From Laetmonice hystrix (taxonomy: Eukaryota), in assembly GCA_965235115.1 (NCBI GenBank), contig OZ249436.1:48176001-48240000 (forward strand): a stretch of 64,000 nt of DNA, given 5' to 3'. The notes beneath the pieces were generated by a model that had not been told where the DNA came from, ran no database searches, and saw only the letters and a program-made list of their open reading frames with translations. Positions 35,652 through 48,925 of the stretch are shown here, piece after piece. Both the position numbers and the translations under genes were made by a program. Positions within the stretch are counted from its first letter, which is position 1. The number at the start of each line of letters is the position of its first letter.

Positions 35652-36837
35652 ATTGTGTTGTGTAGGGTCATGGTGGCAGCACCATTGGCATACTTGGTAT
35701 ATATATATTTAGGTAGCCGTTTGGATTTGCTGCTGATGACATAGTTAATAGCATGACGTTGGTCGTCACGGGTTGTCAACCGTTCTGTGACGTCACTGTG
35801 ATACATATATAGATACATACCTACAGCCTGGCCTACTCCGTGCCAAGTAACCAGTATTGTTTCCTCCAGTTGTAATCACAGGAGGCTAGTAGTCGGTAGG
35901 GCGTTCACAAGACCCACTGACCCCCGAACCCTCCAGTAGCTGTCGCCGTGCTGGCGTTTTTCCTGTTAGGTCGTCGTTTCGGACCTGATTGTAGTGTCAC
36001 CGACCTCCGCTAGGTGGCGTGCGTACGGAGACACTCCCGTGCTGCTGCACGGCTGCCGGGGTCAACAAGTGCATGAAGAACGTCAAACGGCCGGCCAACT
36101 CTGGGCTTCCCACTTAATATACCGAGCAGATCGACAACAATTCCTAGACATTTTGTTGTAATGGAAAAAGTTATATTTAAAATTAAACAGATATATTTGG
36201 TCTTTGTATATGCCTGAGTTTAACAGAAGTAAGAGAAGCTAAAAATAATCCTTCTTGAATTAATAGCTCCTAGAAAAGGTTATGGTATCCAAGTACACGC
36301 GACTAATCATGAAAGTTGTTAAGCTCTTCTGTGGGTTATTTCTGTACATATACCTACTACCACTTGAATGTGACGGTTACTTATATTATATCTGCATTAT
36401 GTGAATGCTTGTTGCTTTGGGCTGTAGATGATATAGACTCGGTAAGTGTTTTACCATGCTCATGGGCCCAGTCCTCCCAGTGTTAAACGTGCCCTGATAT
36501 TGGGATAATACAGCTACAGTTGATAACGGTTAGTTGTATTTCATTTTATGTTGTGTGCGTTTTGTCTTTAAGCAGTGTTACATTTTGAGCTTTAACATAA
36601 CCTTTACCCATACTGTAACTGGAAGTACTCAAGATAGCTAGCCTAAAGTCCTACCACTCGAATTGTGGTCAGAGTAAATTCTCATGTGGTTGTGTTTCCG
36701 CAGACATGCACTAACGCTAGGCACGGTTTTAATACATGGTTGTTCAGCGTATCTTCGGTGAGGGATGAAAACCGTGTATAAAACCATTCAGGACATTTCA
36801 AGGAAAACATTGATGATATGTCTTGTTAGTTGTTGAT

Positions 36838-36858
36838 GAATAAATAGAATAAAATAAA
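36838..36858 (+). terminator. Clustered polyadenylation signals, probable CCDC6 3' end
   Basis: aataaa three times in aataaatagaataaaataaac, and again near 36868. Confidence 0.45.
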
Positions 36859-37930
36859 CAGTTTTCCAATAAAATGACATCCCTTCGCTCTTTTATTTCC
36901 CAGAACATATTTTACCCACAAATAGGCCCGAATTTGAATTACGGATACTTTTTCTGTTTCCTGAAATATATACACTAGGTTTTCATCTGACGCCGAAGAT
37001 CTGGAAAAGCAGGACTCGTGATATTCGGAGTTGCTAGGGTATACTGAATATAATTTTTATAGTAGTGGTAGACGCGCTGACTGGGTGGTTGAAAGTAATA
37101 ACCTTCATGTAAAAGTTCGGAGTTTGTGAGCGGTCCAGGCGTTCCATATATCTAGATCCTATCTACTCATACCAGGCTTTCGTCGATCACAGAGGTTTTT
37201 CGGATACATATTGAAAAACAGTCCATTTGATACTTATACTTACTTTTGTCTACTTATTAAACAATGCTGACGCAAGGAGGGAATGATGAGGTTTCATCGA
37301 GAAACTCGTGTCTGGAAACTTTGCCACGTAATACTTAATCAGTAGAAAGTGCTTCATTTCTTAATTTTAACAAAACTAGTTCATTTTATAACCATTATTG
37401 ATGATAAGGAATGAAGGCTGGATGGACAACTCCAATGTATGGTTTAGTTCCAGGTAAAAAAAAAGGTTGGTTTTGATATGATATAGCCAACTCTTGACCT
37501 TGGTCTGGGACGATGTGTAAGGTCAAACTGTTGGGGAACCACCGCCCTGTCAGCGTCTACGGTTACAGTCACCTACACTATTGTTGGGGACTATAATGGT
37601 GATGATAAAAAACACTAGGTGGCGTAGGTGTCTTCATACACAGCTTCCAACAGTGGACGGTGTTAGTTACATGGTCTCAGCCCAGCAACAAGACCGATTC
37701 CATGGCCCCATGGAACTTGTACCGGTACTCCTTTTAGCTGTATGGTATCTTGGTCATGAGTGAAACGTTTCTAATTTATGCTATTAAAGTTGGAACCGTT
37801 GCCATAATTCGGGAGAAAAGCACAAAAGGCAGTAAAGGCGGGAAACGAAAAAACATTCTTTTGTGACATGAGTTGCACTGTTCCAATTCAAGCCAATGTC
37901 AGAAAAAAGGAAAGTATCGTCCATTCCTGA

Positions 37931-38155
37931 CAGGGTTCCCACTGTCATGAAAAAGTCATAGAATTTGAGATTTCTTTTGAACCATATTTTTGTTTCTGTT
38001 AGGCCTAAATTGTAAAATTTCACGACGTACTAGGGGGGCAATTCTGGGATTTTTTTTGTATTTTCTTAATTTTAACCGGAATCGGTCATGAAATTTGGGA
38101 GTTTATGTCTGGAAAAGTCATGAAATTTCAATATAGCCAACCTGTGGGAACCCTG
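37931..38155. mobile_element. MITE, TIR cagggttcccac (copy 1)
   Basis: cagggttcccac ... gtgggaaccctg; aaaagtcatg subrepeats; homologous to 45002-45316. Confidence 0.8.
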
Positions 38156-40503
38156 TCCTCGCCATTCAACATCGGATGTGGTCAGTCAGCGTACTTTACT
38201 CAGACTGGAAAGTACCAGCTTCACGCTTGGCATCGATCTATAGCTGGAAATGTTGAGATTGTTAGCACCAAATGGTATTTTAACTTACTCTACAGATTTC
38301 TTACTTTGTCCAAATCTTTTGAGCGTGGACTCCCGACTGTATAGGTGCCATATATTAGTCCACGGTAATCCTATTATAGATACCATTGTGTTTGTGTTCT
38401 GAGTACATTATGATTATATTACCGTTTATTATTATTCAGAGTATTCATGTTCCAAGGAGAGAAATGTGTCTAAACAGTTGGCCCCGCGTTCTGACAGGAA
38501 ACTATGTGAGGTACGAAGAGTTATGACGTCATCAGTGTCTGGGTACTCTAGCCCAAGCGTAGGATCTAAATGTAATCATGCCAACTTACGGCAGTATGAT
38601 TTACGTCATAGGCGTAGCCACCAATGACCCCATGGACCTGGACCCATACTTTTTTTGACATGTATTGAATTTAAAAAATTGCATTTTCCCCCGGGCGGAG
38701 CATGCTCCCGGACCTGCTACGCACCTCCGTTGGTCTCTGGTATTTTATGGGGCCCCTGTCATAAATAGGCAGCTTACAGTAGGCATGTTTGGCAATTTCC
38801 CACAGAGCATTTTACAGTTTATCTGACGGAATGATGGCCAGGTTAACCCTGTGTACCGTAGTTGCATTTTGCAAGGCTAAAATTACTAGGGTGTCTAAAC
38901 CCGCATGGTTGCCCCCCCCCCCCCCATTTTTCTTTCTTAGAGTATTCCGTTCCCCCTTTCCCATTGCCCCCCCCCCCCCCCCCCCCCCGCCTTCCCATTG
39001 ACCTCCGACCAGATCTAGATCCGCCCTTCAGAGTGGACCCAGTAGGGCACCAATCATCCAGGTACGTCGTGACCCCACCAAACCAGGCCGGGAGTTTTCA
39101 TTGAGGTTACTCTGCTGACCAGGTGATATGAGTGAAGATTACCTATACAAGTAGGTCAACTGTCGTATTTGATGGGTTAAAGGATATGTCACTGCCTTAG
39201 AATGTCACCGTCGCTAAGTAATCGGAGAGAAATCGCTTTAACGGTGTCGTTATTTGTAGTAGTTTGAAACTGTCCAGTGTGAATCATTAATTGTACACAG
39301 AGGTTGAAGTTCGGATCCTCCGTGAACTAGATCCCTACTGGTCGACCTGGTCATGCCACACCCTCGCTGGTTGAATCCCCCTGCGATAATTTTGTTTTGC
39401 TCAATGCAGGATCTGTTGATAATAATTCTATGTGGGCTGTATTGCTGTGAATATTTTGTAAACGGAGTCTTTGTCGGTTAAGTTAAGATGCATACGTTAA
39501 TAAACGACATGGTAAAACATCATGTGTGTGATTATTTTCCGTGTAGTAATGCGGGGAAATGTTGGGGGCGGGGGGCCGAGATGGGGACTCTTGACGCTAT
39601 TTATAAACTCACCTGGATCCTAGGGGGTGGGTGTAGACCCCCTTGGCACAGCATCCGCCACAAGGAGGGGGGAGCAGTCAGGGGCCGTGCTTCCTGGTAA
39701 CAATATCTATAGGTGACGCAGAGGTATATGTCTGTAATGTGTTTAATTGCCAGGGTACGTAATTCATTTCATTTCATTTGTCCGTAATAAGTGCCATGAA
39801 AACTGAAGTCTGGGGCGTGGCAATGCTGGAGGGGTGATCACTACTCTATGGATTTGCCCTTTTGAAAAAATGACGGAAAGTGGGGATATCAAATTCAGAC
39901 AAAAGCCACGTTATTTTTTTCGGTGTCTTTTATACAGCTTTCAACCTTTACACAAGTGACGACCGGGGCGACCTCTGCCTCATCTACTGCAGAGTGTAAA
40001 GAAAACAAAACAAAGATAAAATATTGATTTGAGATCGGTCTCACTGGCCACGCGCTGTCAAATCTTTATCTTAGAAATTATGATACTGCCCAAAAATCGA
40101 ACACAAAGTCAAATTGTTTTTGGTCATTTGTCTATGACCATCAATATAATTATAATTATAATGTGTGCATCTGACCCTTGCATGACTACTAATAATATCA
40201 AATAAATTCGGCATTCTTTCCACTCCAACATGTATAAAACATTTATAAATAAAGGCCAAACCTATTATGTATATCCGCTGTGCCTCCATGTTTTAGTACA
40301 TAGTATTAGACAATACAGTCTGCGGTCGTCTGCTGTACTAAGCGTGATGTCTGCCGTGTGTATACCTACTATATAACATAAATCTTGTGTTCACAGACCA
40401 CGCCCAATTCTTTGTGCATTATTAATGTGTGTTCAGATCTTGCACGATAACCCTAGGACCGCAGACCGAGGTTCGGCGCCGTAATTACATTTACTTCCCA
40501 TGG

Positions 40504-41007
40504 CAGGCCCGGAGCCGGATAGTCTGGAGAAGAAGGGGTATTTTTGGAGTGTTGAGGTGCGTGTGTGAGACTGGCCCCGGTAGTTCAGGGTTAGTGTGTG
40601 TGTGGGGGGGGGGCGGTAGTCTGGAGAAGAAGGGGTATTTTTGGAGTTTCTGTGTGTGTGTGTGTGGGGGGGATTCTGGAGAAGAAGGGGTATTTTTGGC
40701 GTGTCGGGGGGGGGGGGGGGATTTGTAGCGTTTCCAAACCGTAGGTATATTATCCTTGGCGTTTCTGTGTGATTTTTCTTTGGCTGCACGGGCATCAGGC
40801 GTAAGCCATTTTACTTTCAGAATGTCCGGAAAGAGAAACTTGTCTAGCACCCTACTGGAATCGAACCCCAGCCCCAAGACGGGGTATGGTTTCTGCTGCT
40901 GTGAACTCGAAATAAGTGCACTTTACCAATTTAGGAGATGCCGAGGGTTCTTGCAAACTTTTGGAGTTAGGGAGAGTTAGATGGGTTGTGCACCGGCTAC
41001 GGGCCTG
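40504..41007. mobile_element. MITE, TIR caggccc(g/t)agccgg-type, ~5-bp TSD catgg/catga
   Basis: catgg|caggcccggagccgg ... ccggctacgggcctg|catga; three internal ctggagaagaaggggtatttttgg repeats. Confidence 0.7.
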
Positions 41008-41228
41008 CATGATATGTAACAACGATGTTCAGATGTAAAATGTAAACTTACGATGAGCGTATAACCAAATCATTACGCTTGCTGCTGCATTTTTTAACGT
41101 TTGTTCCGTCCATGGGACAACCTCATTTAATTTATAAAATAAAGGAAATTGACTCGAATAAAAGGTAGGTGTCGTAAAAGGTACAACCCTATAAGCGGTC
41201 TAATGATAATTAAAAAACAATCTAGAAT

Positions 41229-44200
41229 TTACAGCTCTGTTTTAGGCCTGGTCTGAATCCAGTGTGCCACTTTAGGATGGCTTTTCACTAGTTCTATGTT
41301 TTTCTTGAGGTGCGGGTACTTGTCCAAGTAATCAGGCATCATTCCAAGGAACCTCTCGCATACACAGTAGAAATGAATGTCAGCCAGTGTTATCTGCAAT
41401 ACCAAAAGTAATACAAATTTATCATTTTGATCATGATCTCAAATTGTACGCTAGAGGTCGGGAGTTGGCCAACTGCGTTAACCAGGATCGAGGCCAAGTC
41501 AAGTAAAACGAAATAAGAGCTGGAGTCAACTTTAAATAGATGAATGTAAGAATAGAATACTTCCGTGAACCTATCCAAAAGAATTCTAAGTGAAACGGGA
41601 TCTTGTGCCTATTTTACGGTAGTAGACCATATAGATCTAGAAGCTTATAGAAGGCGCAAGGTTACATTAATAGTTACCCTATACACGCCAGGGGGCGCCA
41701 TGATCATGTGGATGGGTCAATGATCAATAAACAGAGTTAGAGCTAGGAAGCAGTAATATTGACATAGAAAAACACGACTTTGTTATGCTCCATCAACTAG
41801 ACTCTGCACAAAATGTTTTTTCCTAGTTTCTGCACAAAACTATCCAGACATGTAATGAAAGCAGGCCGGAGGCTGACGTATAGGCCGAGGAATATGTTAC
41901 TTGCATGCAAGTAGGCCAACAAAGGCGGATCAAGGTCAGCGTCAAGGGGGAAGGGGTTGTGGAGATTTGGGCCAAAGTAAGAAAAGTACGGAAGCCCATT
42001 AGTACCATAGCATCGAAATTGGCCTATTGGAAACCATGGTACCGAAGGCTTTCGTAAAGAAGACCGTACCGTTTCTCCGACGAAGTATCCGTGTTTGGAT
42101 CGGTCGTGTTCGGCGATATGTCGCTCCAAGTATCGCATCGTGTCGGGTAGGTTTCCCGCCATAAATCTCTCCGTTCGTTTCTTCTTCATGTCCTCATCCT
42201 GTTCCACCACAAACAGGTCGATAATAGAGTTTCCAACCTCCTCGATCTTGTGAGCAACCCCTTCCACCATGGCCTGTTCCAGAATGTTCTTCCCTGCGTA
42301 GCCTATAGGTAGAATTGAAAAGAACGGAGATATAATTTGCATTAACATGGTTATAATATAGGCCTAGTTAGATTCGAAGGTCTGCTATGCTGACATTGTA
42401 TTAAATTACAATATTTTTGTGTTTCAGATTGCTTAAAACACCTCTACAGTATGTCCCCCCCCCCCAAAAAAAATGATAGTAGCCTATGTGTTCCATTGTT
42501 AAAAAGAGATACTGGTTGTGATCAGTAATGCGTGACCCTGTCAACACCAAACTTGCTGAGAGTTATTTAGGGGGATCAAACTTTATGTTGAAAGTGTATT
42601 GCACACCTAAAGTTAGACTATCGATTTTTTGGGACATACTGTAGTAAGGAGATTTAACAGGAATGCAATTACCCGTATGTAGGCCTATACACTAATTATA
42701 TAATCTGGTTCGTGATCCAATGTCTTACTTTCTTTCTGTCCGTCTGTCTTTTTTTCCCTTTTATTTGCCATAAGCAAACTGTACAATGAGACAACAGACA
42801 AAAAGTGCCGTTGTCTGGCGTGTTTCCGTCGTTCTGTGGTAAAGTCTTACCGTATTTTCTGGCGAGATACTGTGCAATGGCCAAGGTCTGACAGAGTGTC
42901 ACGTCTTCCTTCCCTCTCCGTATTCTCAGGGTCGGTATCTGTCCATAGGGCTTCTCTGTAAAGTGAAATGGTAAAATTCTAGCTCAAATAAAATGGAATA
43001 AAATAGAATAAACATAAATAAAACAAATAAAATAAATAAATAATAATAATTAATAAATAATAAATGAATAATAAATAAAAATAAATAAATTTATTAATTT
43101 ATAGATAAAGTAATATTTTACAATGCAAACATCCCTTTCTCATGGTCTCTCAAGTTCTCTTATATAAAATCTTAATTGCATATAACCCGTTGCGAAAACT
43201 AGCCCGCACATAGGCTTGAGCAAAACACCGTGAGTCATCATTTTTGTATTCAAACGCCATGCCCATATAGGCATGCAAAGTGAAACTAATTGGATCTTCC
43301 ACAGCCGCCAGTCGAACCGAGTTTAGGTGTAATTTCTGAATAAATCGGCACGTCTGATAGCGCAAATCGTTGACATTACACTGTTGTGTGCGTTTACCGT
43401 CAGGCAAAATCAATTTTTGAAAGCTATGACGAGGAGATTAGACGCTTACATATTCATTTGTCGGTTATTTTTCTATTCCAGTTCAACTTATGTGTGTAAT
43501 CTCTCTCATGGTACCATGGATCTCGTCAGCGAGATCGTAATTCCACGGCCGTATACATAGAAGTCTGGGCAGGACTATACCCTCGTTTGCCCCAAATTGA
43601 TAGGAACATCAGGATCATATTGTTTAAAGTCCTTTTGACGTCTTGAAACTTCAAATTTTAATTAATGCCGAACAAGAACCTTTATTAAAGGCATGTTGAA
43701 TACTTATCAGTAAGAACATTTTACTGAATAATAATAATAGGCAGCCGCGTAAGTCGTGACAATTTGTGACTGTTCTGCTATGATTCAACGCAGACGACCA
43801 CAGTATTGGTCAGTGCTTCGCGCACGACTGATTTCTCTCATACCATGCTGTAACATCCGGGACGGGGTGGGCGGTGGGGGGGGGGGATCAAAGGGGTCAG
43901 ACGGCCCCCCGGCCACGACGTGATCTACTTAGGAGGTGTTGCTAATTCTTGGACTCGATTTCGCACGGTAAACGGACTTTTACGGCTTTAGAGATCCGGT
44001 AAAGTACTTGTTCTATAGGAACTATACCGGATTTTTCGAAATATGAAATCACTGCTTATATTTTTAAGGCCTATGCATTCTGTAACGGTCCAAACTATGA
44101 ACTAGGCCTTCATTTGTGAGTTTCTCGCATGAAATAAAGAAATCTGTTTTTAAAATAGGACTGAAGCTACGTGAAAATTCGATAATTTATCTAAAAGTCT

Positions 44201-44573
44201 CTCCAAGTAGACACCAGCCCTCCGATAGGTCATTTTAGGTAGGCCCTATTAGTATTTGTAACCCTGACGAAAGATCCTCTGAACGGAAATCGACTGACAT
44301 GTAGTAATAAAATAAACGAAACGATAGTCAGATGTAGCCCAAATGACCATATTCATTTTTCTCCATGTATAAATAATCTGTTCACTTAGGCCTATAGATT
44401 CTCAGCCTACTTTGGTATAAGATCTACTCACCGTCCTTAATTTTTGCCCATGCATCTCCCCCCATGGGGATGCGGTCATCCTTGAAATCCTTGCCAGCCA
44501 AGTGTAGCAGCATGCGTATGGTCTCCGCTCGACCTCGTGCATCCCAGTAGCTGAGTTCGTACGTTTCAGACAT
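41229..44573 (-). CDS. Glutathione S-transferase, sigma class (4 exons, 214 aa)
   Basis: Exons 44573-44432 (MSETYELSYWDARGRAETIRMLL..), 42955-42851 (KPYGQIPTL..LCQTLAIAQYLARKYG), 42302-42070 (YAGKNILEQAMVE..GYFVGET), 41393-41229 (ITLADI..DKYPHL..HPKVAHWIQTRPKTEL*). GT-AG with continuous phase; typical sigma/HPGDS/S-crystallin-type motifs. Confidence 0.93.
42447..42641. mobile_element. Tc1/mariner-like MITE with TA TSD in GST intron 2
   Basis: ta|cagtatgtccc ... gggacatactg|ta. Confidence 0.75.
42995..43105. repeat. AT-rich (aaat/aat)n microsatellite
   Basis: Run of aaata/aataa units in GST intron 1. Confidence 0.85.
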
Positions 44574-44693
44574 GGTCTCACAATGTTCTCTTCACCAAGA
44601 ATAAGAAAAGCAAAACTAAATCTCTAACAGGCCTGATATTATAATGCTACAAGCGAACTCGTCTACCGCGTTCTTCCGTTGAGATTTCTGCAG

Positions 44694-44729
44694 ATCTGAC
44701 GCTCGATTGAAGTGTGGCGAGTTTTATAA
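44694..44729 (-). promoter_or_regulatory. Probable GST core promoter (TATA plus Inr-like)
   Basis: Minus-strand TATAAAA at 44728-44722, tcagat about 25-30 nt downstream, ~120 nt before the ATG. Confidence 0.5.
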
Positions 44730-45001
44730 CGAGCCAACGAGGAAGCCGGAACTAGACGAATCTCAATGACAAGTGGGATTTGGATCTCCTGCCGCGTTCC
44801 TATGGACGTACGTCACATAACCTTGTGTGGGTCTACGCATGCGTGCACGGCGGGAACCACTGGCAGACTATGGGGAGACCTACTACAGGTGGTAGAACCA
44901 TGCCGGACCAGGAAGGAAAAGTCGCGATGTTTTACACTGTCATGGTACAACACACATCTCATGGAATCCAATTCAGCGTGAAAACACGTTTTGAAAGTCT
45001 G

Positions 45002-45316
45002 CAGGGTTCCCACGGTCATGAAAAGTCATGGAAAATGAAATTTGGTTTTCCAGGCCTGGAAAAGTCATGGAAAATAGAAAAACGAGGGAGAGTCATGAAA
45101 AAGTCATGGAATTTGAAATTTCTTTGGACCACATTTCAGTTTCTGCATGTATAGGTCTAAATTGTAGAGTTCCACGACGTACTAGGGGACAATTCTGGGA
45201 TTTTAGTGTATTTTGTTAATTTTATCTGGAATTAGTCATGAAATTTGTGAGTTTTGCTCTGGAAACGTCATAGAGAATTCATGAAATTTCAATATCGCCA
45301 ACCTGTGGGAACCCTG
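45002..45316. mobile_element. MITE, TIR cagggttcccac (copy 2)
   Basis: Same TIR and internal sequence (cacgacgtactagggg..aattctgggatttt..gtcatgaaattt..ccaacctgtgggaaccctg) as 37931-38155. Confidence 0.8.
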
Positions 45317-48300
45317 GTATGTTTTTATAGTCTTCTGTAGAGGTGATATACATAACCAAACCTTACCCAGCTAGTGTTGGATGCATATTAATTTATAATA
45401 CATTCAATCTTTTGTTTTTCTGCACACAAAATGTCATTTCTGCAATTCACTGGAACGAAGATAGATCGATCTGAGAAGATTGCAGATCCAGAAAAGATTT
45501 TGAACGCAAGATTTATTTTGTTTTATTTGTTTTTAAGTTTGATTATTTTCTTTATCCGATGTTCATTTAGGGCACATCGATGATTGAACCCCATCATTTA
45601 AACTTGACGAGTTGGTGATATTTTGGGCGTATTTCCCTACCGTGTCTGCAGTGTCTGCACGCAGACTCTCCCTGAAGTGTCGTGATGTCATGTTCAGCCA
45701 AGCGGCAGGCACGCTACGTCTGCTACAGATCTTGGATTCGTGCCTCAAGTTTGGCAGACCAAAACAACGTTCGGCCAGTCACAACATCTGAACATGCCGA
45801 GAACGGTCATTCCCTCATTGTAACCCTCTCATGTAATTGAGGTTAGGACTACTCTACGTCTATGGTTAGGACTAGGGGTAAGGCTAGGAGTAGCAAAAGT
45901 TGTGGTGGGGGGTCTGGGCACCGGAGGTATGGCTGGATGGTGGGGGATGGCTACTGCCCCCCCCTTCCGACATCACTGGGCCTGGCATATAGGCCTAAAG
46001 CAGATTTTGTTTAATAATTGGCCAAAGTAATAAGTAGGCCTATAGCCAGAACTCTGCTCGGCCTAAGGCCACTGTTTGAAAATGAGGAAAATAGTTCCCA
46101 GCTGTAGATTCTAACAACAAGGTGTGATAATCTAATTTTTAAGGGCTGCCCAATGTCTAATTCGACCGTATCATTTAATCAATTCGCGTTTTTAGGCCTA
46201 GGCCTATAAATGTTTTCAGAGGCGGTAACAGCCAAACATTGGCAACATTCCAACTTGTATAATTGTAACGTGTTCGTTTGCAAAGATTTTTGCGATCAAG
46301 AACTGAAACTTCATAGGCGTCTGGTTGCCGCTCTACATTATGTCTACCGGAAAGGCGGGAATTAGGCCTAATGCGCGCCTATGACGCTCGCTGCATGGAT
46401 AGGGCCTACAGACACGTCATCCTTGTTTTTGTTTGTATCTGCAAATTTATTTTCGCCATTGTTACGGTTGCCATACAGGAAGATGGGGATAAAATAAGAC
46501 ATACGGATGCTGAAAAAAATGGAGAAACTGCTGACATAAGGAGTTCCGTATCGCGGGGAGTATAGATCTAGGCTTGTGAAAGCGGTCATTCGCGATCCGT
46601 CTGTTGCTGCCCCCGTCACGCTTCCGCCAGCCGCGCGCATGTTCACTGCACTCTGTAGCAGGGGCGCCGGAAAATCCCGAATTACAACCCACACTTTTCC
46701 CGCTGGCAAGTTGTGGCCTCCGGTACAAGGTGAAAATAAAGAGAATATTATTGGTCTAACTGAACAAACATAGGAGTCTAGGCCTATTGCCCGGATCCCC
46801 GCATGTAAAACCTAGGCCTATTTATATCGACCTTAGGTCAGTTGCACAATGATAAGATCCATAAGCCTAAGAATGCTTTCAGGCCTAGAATTCTGAATGG
46901 GAAGCGAACTTCCGGTAGGATTTTACAATCGGTTTTCCACGAAACGGAACTTGCTATTATTAGCCGATGGTCGAGGCCTACTACTGCCTTGCACTATACC
47001 CGGCCATTGCCGACTCTATGTGGTTAACCCATGAGGATTCGTAGAGCTTCCGGGGATGATGTCGACATTATAGTGGAAAGATAGCATGACCAAAGCACTT
47101 CAGGCTACGTAGCCAATTTCCCAGAACTGATAGCAATTTCTTTGCTGGAGTTTCTTGTGAACATACTGCCACATCAGTCGCGCAGATCCATCACGATGCT
47201 ATTTCTAACACTTTGTCCTCCCACTTCCAGTAACACCCCCTCCCCCTTTGCCCCATGTCCACCCCCACCTGTAGGAGAAATATTTATCCATTATATAGGG
47301 CCTAAAATACTTTAGAACAGGCTACCTTAACTTAATTATATGAGGGCTCCACCAATCCACCAAAATATGTTCGCCATGCATCAAAAAAGGTATGTAAATC
47401 TTTAGTTACACGTTATAAGCTGTGGGTTTCATGTAGGCCTAACTTGAGGCGAAGCGGTGGTCTTGTGGTGAGACTGTCCCTACATTCCGGCATTGCGCTT
47501 TTGGACAACAATTTTCGTTTTTGGCGTCACGGGGCAAATACCAAAGTTTCATTGAACTATCATACAGTATGCCTAGCAAAAACTGCAACCCATTTTTAAA
47601 ATACTTTTAAGGTATGACAACTAAGTATTTTGACCAGTTTTGCTAGTCAACTGCATGCGGTCCCAACCTGGGCATTGTGTGATGTAACCATCAAGTAGTT
47701 CTGTTCACACACCACTGAGCACAGCCGGGAAGTATGACGTGATCCTTTCTCTGTTCCAACCAAGTCGTACCCTGTTCAGTCAGTAGGCCTGCGGGCCTTT
47801 GCTATTTTAGGAATGAGTCGCCCCATTGCTGCCTTTGGGGAATCCTTGTTGGAACAGGCTGATTGATTTTCACAATTTTTAGCTGTGTTTAGTGGTGCGC
47901 GAACAGAATTTCAGTTGGTAATCCTGTCATAATAAATTGTTATACGCTTTAAAGTATTCTGAAAATGGGCTGCATTTTCTTGCTGGACTTAGGTATTGTT
48001 TAGTTTTGGAGATATACTGAAGCTGCAAGTTGGGGACGTTTTTTTGTATCCACCTGATATACTGACTCTGGGCTGACGCCCCTCGGATATAAAAGAATGG
48101 TCTAATATCGCATTTATCCCTTCTGCAATCGCTGAGATAAGTTAGAGTTACGGAGGTAGCCTACTTTGTGAATATGAGATCCTGAAACCCGTTTTCCTAC
48201 TAATTTGTTCTGTAGGGGGGGGGGGAGCTACTCGTCCCCTGCCAACACACTCAGCCACACATTGCGAGTCGAACGGGTCTTTGAACGGAGAGCGCACACT

Positions 48301-48685
48301 AAATATTGATTGTTTGAGTCCTAATCTTCGTCACACCCAACGCTTTTTAACTGGGCGTAACAAATCTGTTCCGGGCGTACGCGGAAAATAGCATGCATGG
48401 GGCGTGTACACAAAATATTGACTTTTTCGTGAGTGCCAACCTGATTTAACGTTTAGTCTGAGACTACATGCACGTGATAACCCTGAACCACGCCACAGAT
48501 CGAACCATTGGTGGAGAACCGTATTGCGACATCCCTTTAGAAGACTCATGTCGTACTTTAGGACTACTCAGCCTTGCACCCTCTCGGCTCCAAGTGGACA
48601 CTTTGTGACTCATCATACTGTTAGTTTTTGAACCATCAGCACGTGTTGCCAGACGATGACCGAAACGGGGTCCATGCAGCCTCTA

Positions 48686-48925
48686 CAGTGATCTGAAAAA
48701 AAACTAGCAAGTCCACTTTGCCTCATTTTGAGAAAACTGGGACAAACCTTTCCACTCATTGAGGTGCGGCAAACGCTAGGTTTTTCCAGGTCAAGAACTA
48801 TGAATTGCGTAGAGTTCTGATCACTTGTATAGGACTATATGAAATGGCAAAACCTAGTAAGTCCAAAAATGAGACTAACTCAAATTGGACAAAAACTCGA
48901 CTTACTAGGTTTTTTCAGATCACTG
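48686..48925. mobile_element. Tc1/mariner-like MITE with TA TSD
   Basis: ta|cagtgatctgaaaaaa..ctagcaagtc ... gacttactaggttttttcagatcactg|ta; subterminal motif repeated internally. Confidence 0.8.

Noticed and set aside
41797..42069. C-terminal part of the 183-aa ORF as an alternative GST tail
   Set aside because: Read-through past the donor at 42069; the canonical GST C-terminus is in exon 41393-41229.
47050..47132. Possible C/D snoRNA (atgatgt ... ctga)
   Set aside because: Imperfect C box, no terminal stem, no recognisable rRNA complement.
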